Shown: positions 28,430 through 39,148 of the stretch, in pieces | Layout: the number at the start of each line of letters is the position of its first letter | Numbering within the stretch: the first letter of the stretch is position 1 | Source of the DNA: Stegostoma tigrinum | Lineage: Eukaryota | Assembly (NCBI RefSeq): GCF_030684315.1 | Contig: NC_081373.1 | Span: 28,745,989 to 28,809,988, forward strand | DNA: 64,000 nt | Direction of reading: 5' to 3' | The notes under the pieces: model-generated | Told to the model about the DNA's origin: nothing | Database searches by the model: none | The model's input: the letters and a program-made list of their open reading frames with translations, nothing else | Program-made: the position numbers and the translations under genes

Positions 28430-28960
28430 AACAGGGACAAGGAAACGTCACGTGAGCTGATGACCATGACGTCACATCCGCTACCCAAATAGGCGCCAAA
28501 GCCGCCCGTCTTCGAACCGACCAATCAGGCGAAAGAATTGTGAACGGCGGCGACGGGGACGGTGGTAGTGCCTTCTGGAACAATCCGAGTGAAATTAACG
28601 GAGGTTTGAGTTTACGTTCAAAATAAAGAGGACGACAAGGTAGGTGACGGGAAACAAGAAGTTGCAGGCCGGTTATTCACTCAGTGCGGGCTGTATTGTC
28701 GGCCTCGTGCTTCCCTATCATCCGTAGCGTTGGTTGTGTTGGAGGCCGGCGCCATCGCCGCTAGGCCGCAGCTGACGCCTGCGGCTCAGTTTCCGTGTCT
28801 GTTCGTCAGGAGTTTCTAGTGTCGCGGGCAGTGGGTGCGGCGTTACGTCGCTATCTCGTTTCCGCCAGGTTGGTGGCTGGCGAAACGAAGGGCGTTTGGG
28901 GATTCCGTCTCAGGCTGAGCGCCGGCATTCACGTCAGTTTAATACGGCAGCCATCTTAAT
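28430..28960 (+). promoter_or_regulatory. BUB3 CpG-island promoter with cell-cycle-type motifs
   Basis: CpG-dense region with E-box GTCACGTGA (28447-28455), CRE TGACGTCA (28467-28474), E2F site GCGCCAAA (28493-28500) and CCAAT (28521). Also CHR-like TTCAAA (28617-28622) and YY1-like GCAGCCATCTT (28947-28957). Confidence 0.75.
28545..28639 (+). other. BUB3: BUB3 non-coding exon 1 (start approximate)
   Basis: Donor AAG|GTAGGT at 28640 lies inside the CpG island. The first coding exon begins directly at cag|ATG, so an upstream exon is required; splicing gives AAG-ATG with A at -3. Confidence 0.65.
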
Positions 28961-29784
28961 GGTGGGATGCAGTTCAATTTTAGTTTCCAAATATTGAGGC
29001 CTCTTGCAAATAGCTGTTCCCTTCGTCAGTTTTATCCCCTCATGTTTAAAGTTCATTCAACCACTGACGGTTGTATGGCTAATTCCGTCGCTACAATGTA
29101 GTTATTAAACTGCATAAATAGAAGGGTTAGTATGTCTTAATAATGGTAGTTTGCCCCTTGTTTCTGTTGTAACACTGACAGCCAGAGATGCTAACTGCCC
29201 ATAATCAAAATGGTGTCAATGGTAGAAGAGAAACAAGGGATACTATTGTTTTGTTCTGGAGACATGTTATTTCAGGAAATAATATATCCTCTCTGTCAGC
29301 TTGACTGTCTGCTGTAACATTGTGTTTGTAAGTGGGAGAATTATTTTCAATGAAGTACAACTTTTTTGTCATTGAAATGCCATTCCTTACGAAAGGGAGA
29401 AATACTCACTTTGCTACGGTGGGGGAAAATGCAAACTTTAGTTGGGGTGTGAGAGAGTTTGGAAAGAAGTTTAGAGTTCATGAAGAAATTTGAACAGGGG
29501 AATGAGGGATTTAAATTGAGTGTGTTGTCCCTTAAAGACCACATAGGCTAGTAAGGGGGGAGGTGGTCACCGAGTGGAATTTGTGGAATGTAATAGGAGT
29601 ATAAGTGTTACATGGTATGTTGTATGTCTAACAATATATTGGAACAGGTAATAACACCATGTGAGTTTCAATAGTAGATTATTTTAGATGGTATTTATGG
29701 CAGGTTATGTCAAATATTTTGCTTAGACGGGCTTATAAATTATGGCAGATTTGTTTAGTATCTGCAGGTATTTAGAGTAGTTAG

Positions 29785-29945
29785 GCTACTGGAGTGTGCA
29801 GTTCCTGCAAAAGGTAGATATGGATAGGGAGGGAAATCTCTCCTTGGTGGGGTCAAGTTGCAGGTGGTGGAAGTGGCAGATGATGTGTTGGATGTGGAAG
29901 TTGGTGACTTGGTGAGACCAAGTGCAGATTTGGTGACTGATTGGC
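29785..29945 (-). mobile_element. Penelope-like element fragment (RT-to-GIY-YIG linker), inverted relative to neighbour
   Basis: The minus strand reads TNFHIQHIICHFHHLQLDPTKERFPSLSISTFCRN, resembling the PLE linker I..II.RHF..LQ.DP....FP..P...F.R. Confidence 0.55.
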
Positions 29946-29989
29946 GGAGCATCTGTGCTGTATATGCTATAACCAGCAACACCTTCTGA

Positions 29990-30503
29990 TTGCCAACCAT
30001 TTTTAACTCTTTCCTCTCTCCTCCTCCTCTCTTCCCCCCCCCCCCCCCCCCCCCAAATTTTGATGCATGTCCATACTGGATCGCCTCCGGTGCCACAATG
30101 AAGCTGTGCACCAACTGGAGGAACGACACCTCATTTTGCCTCAGCTGCCTGCAGCTTGATGGCCTGAACGTAGAATTGATCAGTTTCAAAATCTCCCCAC
30201 CCTGGCCTCATTCCACGTCCAACCCTCCCTCTCTTCCCCACCTCCTTGACCTGACACAACCTGTCCATCTTCTTTCCCACCAAACACCCCAACCTTCCCA
30301 CTGACCAATCCCCACTACCCCTGACCTGCATCCACCTATCACCATCCCTTCTATTTATTCTGCAACTCTCTTCTCCCTCCGCAGTCATGACGAAGGGTCC
30401 CGACCAGAAATGTCGACTTTCCAACTCCTCTGATGTTGCTTGGCTGGCTGTGTTCCTCCAAGCTATTGACTCTGACTCCAGCATCTGCAGTTCTTGCTAT
30501 CTG
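29990..30503 (+). mobile_element. Diverged Penelope-like element 3' fragment with degenerate hammerhead (30383-30418)
   Basis: Contains ANHFNS...LEERHLILPQLPAA/CLQLDGLNVELISFK (GIY-YIG C-terminus) and a pyrimidine-rich tract. It continues AGTC-ATGACGA-A-GGGTC..GACC-AGAAA-TGTC-GACT and the CCAGCATCTGCAGTT tail. Confidence 0.75.
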
Positions 30504-30539
30504 AGTTCCTAATCACAGACCTCCAGGCAGAAAAATAAC

Positions 30540-31820
30540 CCTCTAGCACTGCCTTCTGTTTCCCACCTTCAAGCCAATTTTGGAGCTGATTGGCTAGCTC
30601 GCCTTGGATTCCATGTGTTCTAATCTTGTTAGAAGTGGAATTTTGTCACTTCAAAAACTCTATCAGTGAGACATGATTTCCCACACAAAGCCCTGCTGAC
30701 AATCCCTAATCCATCCTGTCTTTCCAAATACATCTAAACCCTATCCCTCAGAATCCCATCCAACAACTTACCCACCGCTGACATCAGGCTCACTGGTCTA
30801 CTGTTCCCTGTTTTTTCCTTACCACCCTCCAGACTTTCAGCATCTCACCCATGGCTACTGATAAAAATTTCTCAGCAAGGGACCCAACGATCACTTCCCC
30901 AGCATCCCGCAAAGCTCTGGGATACGCATAATCAGGTCCCATGGATTTACCTACCTTTTATGTGTTTTGAGACAACCAGCACTACTACGTATTCTATAAT
31001 ATGGAAACTTTTCATGATGTCACTTTTTTTATTTTCTGAAGTTCTGTAGCCTCCATGTACAATTCTCCACAGTAAATACTAACGCATATGCTCATTTAGT
31101 ATCTCGCCCATCTCTTTTAGTTCCACATAGGTGGCCTTGTTGATTTTTAAGGTGCCCTATTCTCTTGGTAGTTACTGTTTCCCTAACATATTTGTAGAAT
31201 CCCTTTGAATTCTCCCTAACCCTATTTGCAGAACCTATCTCATGTTTCCTTTATTGTCTTCCTGTTTCCCCTTTGACATATTCTTTCTCCCCATATACTC
31301 CTGTAGGGAGTCACTCAGTCCCAGCTGGCTATACCTGACATATGCCAGAGCCTCAATTTCACTAGTCAACCAGCCTTCCCGTTTACATTAACAGGAACAT
31401 ACTGTCCCTGAACTCTTATCTCATTTTAAAAGACCTTCCACTTTCCAACTATCCTTTTACCTGTGAATAGCCTCCCCCAATCAACTTTTGAAAGTCGTTG
31501 TCAAAATTGCCTTAGTCCTTTTTGTATTTTAACTTTTAGATCAGTTGTCTCCTTTTTGATGACATTTTAAAACAGTGAGAATTATGGCCACTAGCCCCAG
31601 AAGGCTTCCCCACTGACACGTTTTGTCACTTGCCCTGCCTTATTTCCCAAGTAAAGGTCAAGTTTTGCCCCTGTTGTGGGTATGTCTGTGTACTGATTAA
31701 GAAAATGTGTTCGTACAAACTTAGCAAATTTCTCTCCATCCAAGCCCTTAATGCTGTGGCAGTCCAGTCCATGTTTGGAAAGTTAAATCCTCTAATGTTA
31801 TAAGCCCTATTATTCTTATA
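30540..31820 (-). mobile_element. Degenerate CR1-type LINE (APE to start of RT)
   Basis: The minus strand shows FNFPNMDW..HSIKGLDGEKF..FLNQYTDIPTTGAKLDL (about 31620-31790) and RPVSLMSAVGKLLDGILRD (about 30740-30800). Confidence 0.75.
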
Positions 31821-32728
31821 CCTGAAACATTTTGAAAGATTTATTATAATTAGATATTTTCACTTGTGTTTTACAGCGGGATGCATGCTAGGCAATGAAA
31901 TGCCTTTTGCTTAGCCTAATATTGCGCTTGTGTATTATACTAAATTGCTCCAATACAATAAAAATGCTCTTCACAACATTAAGATGAGCAGAAATTATCT
32001 ACTAATCACAGCACTCCTTATGTAACTAAGTTATGAAAGGGGCAAAGATCCCTGGCAAAAGGAGTCAATAATGGTGCTAATGTAAAAAGAAATGATGAAA
32101 CTTAAAACATACTGGTTGAGGGGCAGAAAAATGTCAGCATCTACCAGGATGGAGATACTTGCCTGACCTTGGAACGGTAGACAGAGCTGAAATGCACCAT
32201 CCCACAACAGTGCATCAGTAGGAATACATGCATTCATCCAGCCTCACAACTTGGATACAGCTATCCTCTCTGGACAACAACTGGTGTCGAAGAGAGAAGG
32301 GGAGCAATGGTCAAGGCTCAAACATTGTAAAAAAATTCTAATGAAAAGATTATATCCCTTAAGTTTACGTTGAACTTTATTGCAACAGTGTAGTTGGCCA
32401 GGTATGGAGCAACCCAGGGAACTGGAGAGTTAAATGGCAAGTAAATTGTGACTCGGGGTCATGTTTGCTGATGAACACGAAGCCTTTCTTTAAAAATTGT
32501 GTATATTTATAGTTAAGACCAGTTTTTGTTTAATCAGGAAATTACTTTTGTGTTTTTAGGGTTATATATTCAGTTACTACTATTTTAGTACCTATTGCTC
32601 CGTTATGACTTGCTGCCACTGTCGTGTTACCAGTTGTAAATACTGTCACTATGTGACAAAACACAGCACAGGCACTTTAATATACAATGATATTTGCTTC
32701 CAGAGCAAATCTAAAAAGATCTTAAGAC

Positions 32729-33505
32729 ACACCTCCACTCGGTTCGCACCCGGTGTGGCTACCTCTACATTGGGGAAACCAAGCGGAGGCTTGGGGACTG
32801 CTTTGCAGAACACCTCTGCTCGGTTCGCAATAAACACCTGCACCTCCCAGTCGCAAACCATTTCCACTCCCCCTCCCATTCTTTAGATGACATGTCCATC
32901 GTGGGCCTCCTGCAGTGCCACAATGATGCCACCCGAAGGTTGCAGGAACAGCAACTCTTATTCCGCTTGGGAACCCTGCAGCCCAATGGTATCAATGTGG
33001 ACTTCAACAACTTCAAAATCTCCCCTTCCCCCACCGCATCCCAAAACCAGCCCAGTTCGTCCCCTCCCCCCACCGCACCACACAACCAGCCCAGCTCTTC
33101 CCCTCTACCCACTGCATCCCAAAACCAGTCCAACCTGTCTCTGCTTCCCTAACCTGTCCTTCCTCTCACCCATCCCTTCCTCCCACCCCAAGCCGCACCT
33201 CCATATCCTACCTACTAACCTCATCCCACCTCCTTGACCTGTCCGTCTTCCCTGGACTGACCTATCCCCTCCCTACCTACCCACCTATACTCTCCTCTCC
33301 ACCTATCTTCTTTTCTCTCCATCTTCGGTCCACCTCCCCCTCTCTCCCTGTTTATTCCAGAACCCTCACCCCATCCCCCTCTCTGATGGGTCTAGGCCCA
33401 AAACGTCAGCTTTTGTGCTCCTGAGATGCTGCTTGGCCTGCTGTGTTCATCCAGCCTCACATTTTATTATCTTGGATTGTCCAGCATCTGCAGTTCCCAT
33501 TATCA
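32729..33505 (+). mobile_element. 5'-truncated Penelope-like element (GIY-YIG C-half + pseudo-LTR tail, broken hammerhead)
   Basis: Encodes CG.LYIGETKRRLGDCFAEHL..VANHFHSPSHSLDDMSIVGLLQCHNDATRRLQEQQLLFRLGTLQPNGINVDF and is nearly collinear with 56990-57745. Hammerhead remnant CTGATGGGTCTAGGCCCAAAACGTC at 33383; possible TSD TTAAGAC (32722 / 33506). Confidence 0.9.
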
Positions 33506-34357
33506 TTAAGACTTTTAATGTAGCTTGAAGAACAGAGTATATTGCATTTTATCCACTTCTTGGTCCAAATGGTTTGCCTGAATAGCCTGTTAGACAGGAT
33601 TGATTGCTAAGAATTTTCAGTGCAGAAGTTGGCCATTAACTCTATAAGTTCATAGTGTTGCTGATGTTGGCCAGGGAGACAACTGATATTGTGCGCTTGG
33701 GTATCCTGAGGTCTAAAGTTATATTTGACTAGGTTAATGCTTTTAAAACAACTTCATTCAGCATGTATGGGTGGTGCATATATTATGTATTTTCACAAGA
33801 TATTGACAATTTCATCTTTCATTTGATTTATTATGCATTAAGGATGATTCAGCTTTTATTTTCAGTTGTGCTCTGGCACTGTTTGATTAGTATGCGAAGG
33901 AGACAATTTTTGTAAAGCCCGTTAAGAAATAATATAGTTATACAGGAAGCAGTCAGACCCTTCAGTCAATTCGTCCATGTCGACTAAGCTAGTTCAGTTG
34001 CCTGCATTTGGCTTGTATTTCTGGAACAATGATGACCCATTTTACTCTTCTGGTCATTCTCCTTATTGAAATTAACATTCCTATTACTAAGTCTTCATCT
34101 TTAAGGTAAAGATAGCTGTAGCTATTGTAGTTGATACCATAATGGGAAAGAACACAGAGCTCTGGCTTATTGACTGAAGAAATTGCTTACCTTGTCCTTG
34201 CTTTCCCTCAAAGTACTAAGTGATATTTACATTAAACCAGTAGTGATCATTATTGATGGTTGTAACAAATCAATCCTCTACACTGTTTCTTTGATCTTAG
34301 TTTTAAATTTAATAATTAGAACTGACATTGCTGAAATATTATGTTGCTTTTTTCCAG

Positions 34358-34552
34358 ATGACTGGATCAAATGAATTCAAACTGAACCAGTGCCCTGAAG
34401 ATGGGATCTCTGCCATTAAGTTCAGTCCGAACACCTCTCAGTTCCTGTTGGTGTCATCCTGGGATTGTACTGTCCGTTTGTATGATATCACATCAAATAA
34501 CATGCGCCTCAAGTACCAGCATTCAGCAGCTGTCCTGGACTGTGCTTTTCAT
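34358..34552 (+). CDS. BUB3: Mitotic checkpoint protein BUB3 (WD40), coding exon 1
   Basis: ttccag|ATG gives MTGSNEFKLNQCPEDGISAIKFSPNTSQFLLVSSWD...AVLDCAFH|GTAAG; 195 nt, phase 0. Confidence 0.97.
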
Positions 34553-36134
34553 GTAAGAAGGGATTTATTGTGCTGCTGAATTTTGATTACCTGGAATGTT
34601 TGAAAATTGTTTTATCTGCTAGCAACATGGATATCTATCTTGGGTAGCTGTATAATATTGCCAGTTTGAGTTCACTGTCAAATGTCTTCAACATCAGCCT
34701 GAGCCTAAGCCGTTTGTGTTAATATACCATACTCCATTAAGCAATTGAGCGTATCATGAGTACCACAGTTTAATTTTTTTTGCATTATACTTTAAACTGA
34801 AAGCTCCCTGTTTGATAAGCTTATTTTAATTCCTCTGCTTTCTAACTTTTTCTTGTTTTCTTATTCCTTTAATTTTCCTTTTTTGTTTCTTTGTGTGTTT
34901 TCTTTTATCTTGTCACATTAGGTTACTTTCTGTGCAGAGCATTCGTTATTCTTCTGGTATGAGGGCATTCATTACCATCTCTCTTTAACAGTTTTTTGTT
35001 TTTAACCGTTTAACCTAGGAGATGCCTCACCACTCATGACAACTACACAGTGTGTGTTTACTCTCCTGAAGAAAAACTACATGACTACTTCTGTGTTTAA
35101 AGTTACTAGAATAATGTACAGTATGTGTATGGGGGACTCACTAATGCTGTCGAGAGTTTGGTATAATTTGAGTATTTGTGGTCTGCTGTATTTGCATTTT
35201 TGCTAATATTAAAGTGTTTGGACCCAATGCTAGCACATTGTAAGTATTAATTAAACTCTTATTCTGATCATCATATGCTATAGATCAAAAACATGTACTG
35301 AAAAATGACTAAAATAGCTGTGCAAAACATTTACATTTATCAATATTAAATATGGTTTGCTGTTTGCAATAGCAAAGCTAATCACGATCCTTCTGCAGTT
35401 ATTTAACTGCATTGTTTGTCCCTATTGATCTCCACATTTCTGTCAGCAGATTGACAAACTGTTTCTTTTTGGTAACCTTAAAGGTAATGCACATAGTTTT
35501 CATATAGTACAATACAGGCACGGTCAATTTGAGAGAACGTTTAAAAAACAAATGAGCCTGTTCTGCCAAATCTAATTCTGAACTCTTCCATGCTTCACGG
35601 TCTCCATATTCCTTAATTTCTGTAAAGAATTTCAAATGTTCACAACCATTTCAGTTAAATTACTCATCATCTGAGCCATAAACAATTAGCTCTTTATTCT
35701 GAGACTCTGGCCTTGTGGCCTAAATCCTAGTCTCTAACTTGGGATGGAAAGCGTTGAAACTGCAAACTTTTATAGCTTAAACTTTTATGCTTGTAGACAC
35801 AGTGGAATATTGTTGTACTTGATATACCATTTCAATAAGTTGGTGTTTGTTGGCATTAATCCCTTTATAAGTTACAGAAAATTTTAATTTTGAAGTGTGA
35901 AATGCAGATTGTAATCACTTATGGTCGTTTCATTTTGTCTAGAGATGAAAAAGTATGTTTATTTGAGATGTTTTTAAAAGTGCAGGGCGATTTTTGAAAA
36001 GAATAAACTTAAATGTTTCTATTTGGTGGTGAACATGGGATCAATGTTTGTTTCATCAAAGTACCAAATTAAGCTGTGCTGTAACGGTGTTTAATTTTTC
36101 TCAACACCTTCATCCCCTCTACCCCTGTAAATAG

Positions 36135-36204
36135 GATCCAACTCATTCATGGAGTGGCGGGTTGGACCTTTCGCTGAAAATGCGTGATTTAAATACCGAC
36201 CAGG
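36135..36204 (+). CDS. BUB3: BUB3 coding exon 2
   Basis: atag|DPTHSWSGGLDLSLKMRDLNTDQ+G|GTGAGA; 70 nt. It is absent from the ORF track and was found by reading the sequence. Confidence 0.93.
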
Positions 36205-36299
36205 GTGAGAAATATTTATAATAAATATGCTATTAAGGAGTTGCATGATGTTCTTGAATAGCTTTTGTTTTTGTACAAATTATGCTTCCAAGTTGAGAA

Positions 36300-37403
36300 T
36301 GGCTGACTTTGTAGTAAAGCTGTTGACAAGACTGTGCATGATAAACTGATTAGTAAAGTTTGATCACATGGGATTCACGGAAAACTTGCCAAATGGATAC
36401 AAAATTCCCTTGACACAGAGAATTGGTGATGAAAGGTTTTGGACTGGAGACTTGTGACCAGCGTTGGGTCCACTTTTGTTTGTGATTTATATAAACTATT
36501 TGGATGAGAATTTAGGAGGCATGGTTAGTTTGCAGATGGTACCAAAATTAATAGTATAGTGGACAATGAAAACGGTTATCCAACATTACAAAGAGCCTTG
36601 ATCACTTGGGCCAATGACTTGGGGAATGGCAAATGGAGTTTAATTTAGATAAAAGCAAGTTGTTGCATGTTGGTAAAATGAACAAGGGCAGAAATTATAC
36701 AGTTAATGTTAGGACCCTCATTGACACCAAGGGGTTCAGATACATGTATCTTTGAAAGTTGCATCACAGATAGACAGTGGTCAAGAAGGCATTTAGCGTA
36801 CTTGCCTTCATTGCTCAGAGCATTCAGTATCGGAATTAGGACGTCACGTTGAAGTTGTACAGGATGCTTGTGAGGCCACTGTTGGAGTACTGTGTGTAGT
36901 TCTGGTTGCTCTGGTACAGGAAGAATAATTAAATTGGAGAAGATTCAGAAAAGATTCACCAGGATGTTGCTGGGACTGGTGGGTTTGAATCATAAGGAGA
37001 CACTATAGGCCAAAACCTTACCCACTGGACTGTAGGAGGTTGAGAGGTGACCTTAGAGTTTTATAAAATCAGAAGGGGCATAGATAAAATGAATGGCAGA
37101 AGTATTTTCCTTCGGGTGCGGGAGATCAAAACTAGGGGGCATATTTTTAAGGTGAGGAAAACTATTTAAAAGGGATCCAATGGGCAACTTTTTCAGAGGG
37201 TGATTTGTCCGTGGAATGAACTGTCAGAGGGAATTGGTAGATGTAGGTACATTCCAAAAGACTTTGGGCAGGTACACAAATGGGAAAGGTTTGGAGGGAT
37301 GTAGGCTAGGCACAGGCAAGTGGGACTTTTTTTTAGTTTAGGAAAACCGGCCTGGGTGAGTTCTCGGAACGGTCTGTTTCCCTGCTGTGTGACTCTGACT
37401 TTC
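36300..37403 (+). mobile_element. CR1-type LINE 3' portion (degenerate RT + 3' tail)
   Basis: DF.KA.DK..H..L-like segment at about 36305, FADGTK (FADDTK) at about 36530 and RPLLEYCV.FW at about 36873. It ends ...CTGTGTGACTCTGACT. Confidence 0.85.
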
Positions 37404-37457
37404 AATAGTCGAACAAGTTTGACGGATTATGTTAAACAAACAAAACAAAAAGTACCT

Positions 37458-37537
37458 ATGAAGGGTCTAGGCCTGAAACGTCAGCTTTTGTGCTCCTGAG
37501 ATGCTGCTTTCATCCAGCTTCACCCTTTGTTATCTAT
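37458..37537 (+). mobile_element. 80-bp PLE tail insertion beginning at the hammerhead core
   Basis: ATGAAGGGTCTAGGCCTGAAACGTCAGCTTTTGTGCTCCTGAGATGCTGC, flanked by AAAAGTACCT (37448) and AAAAGTGCCT (37538). Confidence 0.8.
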
Positions 37538-38996
37538 AAAAGTGCCTCCTGTTTCTTTTTGATATAGCCTAATGTTTTGTTCTAATTTCTATTTGCCCTA
37601 AACAGCCCATGCTAGTGTTATCCTACTAACAGTAGGTCTAATTATTTGCTCAGTCTGTCCATTATCGCTTTATTTTTCTTCCCTTCAAACACCTTTCTAA
37701 GCTATTCTTAAATATTGTCATTTCTTCAGTTTTGATAACTTATCACACATTGTGCAGTTTTTCAGCCTTCTATGAAATTTTTTTTTGTCTTACCAGCTCA
37801 GATTTGCTCAGTTTTATACCATTGCTCTAGACTCAACTATTGTGAAGCCAGTTTATATTTCCACATTCTGAATCCTTCATAATTTTAAACTCCTCTGGTG
37901 TTCCTTCTACTATCTGATGTAGAATTTGGTATCCACTGATTCTAGTTGCAGTTTAGAAGTGTACATTGTTGAGATATCCTTGGTGACCTTATGATGGATG
38001 TTCTTTTTGTACTTAAAGGTTGAGAAAGAAAATGGTACATATATCCATTTTCATAATCTTTAAGAATCTGCTTTTATAAGTTTAAGATATAATGTTTTAC
38101 TGCTTAATGGCCAAATTTCTTTAATGTCTTCACTGTCGATTGTAAAACTGCTGAAGAATGATAAAATGCAAGGCACATTACAATAAAGCTGAAGAAGAAA
38201 TGAAGTTGAGGCATGATTTTGCTGTTCTGTTAATATATAAGTACACCTCATTTCAGTGAGCCAAAACCGGTATGTCAAAGATGGGTTGCATTGCAAACAC
38301 ATGGAAGATTGAGTCTATGGAGTAGACTTATTATACCAATTGATTTGTGTTTTGGAGGAGGGTAATCCCTGAATGACCCTTGGATTGGTTTGGACCTCTT
38401 TCCACTCCTACCCCTGGTTTACACTCTAGTCGCTCCTTATTATTGATGTCACTGAAGTGGGCTAATGGCAGAAATGTTAGTTATTTTTAAGTAGATTTAT
38501 TCTCTAATCTAAATAGCGTTGGAGGAATGCTTTACGCATGAACATATAGACTAGCGAGATTCCAATCTTCATTTTGTGGCCAAGTTGGCAACCTTGAAGT
38601 CCATGTCTCTACGTTATGTTCACCATTTGTAGTTCTGGCTCACTGCTCTGTTCTAATTGATGATGTGACCTTTAAGTCATGGTGGTTTTCATTTGCTCAG
38701 TGCATGGCTGGATGAATTGTGAACCTGTGAACATTTTTAATATCCAGAACCACAAGATAGTGAAAACATGTTATGAAAAGGCAATATTTCCTGTACTTGA
38801 GATGGATATCTTAGTCCCAATGTAACCTGAGATGGAATACGTGGGTGACCCATCGTAGACTTGCTGGTCTTTGAAGGATGTATCCCCAGACCTTCACACT
38901 GGTAGTTATAATGACAATAAACAAGTCCCACTTTTCTCCAATGAAAGATAAATAACCTGCTTTTTCCCTTTAAACGAAATCAATTTTTTTTTTTAG

Positions 38997-39148
38997 AATC
39001 AATTGTGGGTTCACATGATGCATCAATTCGTTGTGTTGAATACTGCCCAGAAGTGAATGTAATGGTGACGGGAAGTTGGGATCAAACTGTCAAGCTATGG
39101 GATCCTAGAACACCTTGCAATGCTGGAACATTTGCACAGCCTGAAAGG
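38997..39148 (+). CDS. BUB3: BUB3 coding exon 3
   Basis: Poly-T TAG|(E)SIVGSHDASIRCVEYCPEVNVMVTGSWDQTVKLWDPRTPCNAGTFAQPER|GTATG; 152 nt. Confidence 0.97.
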
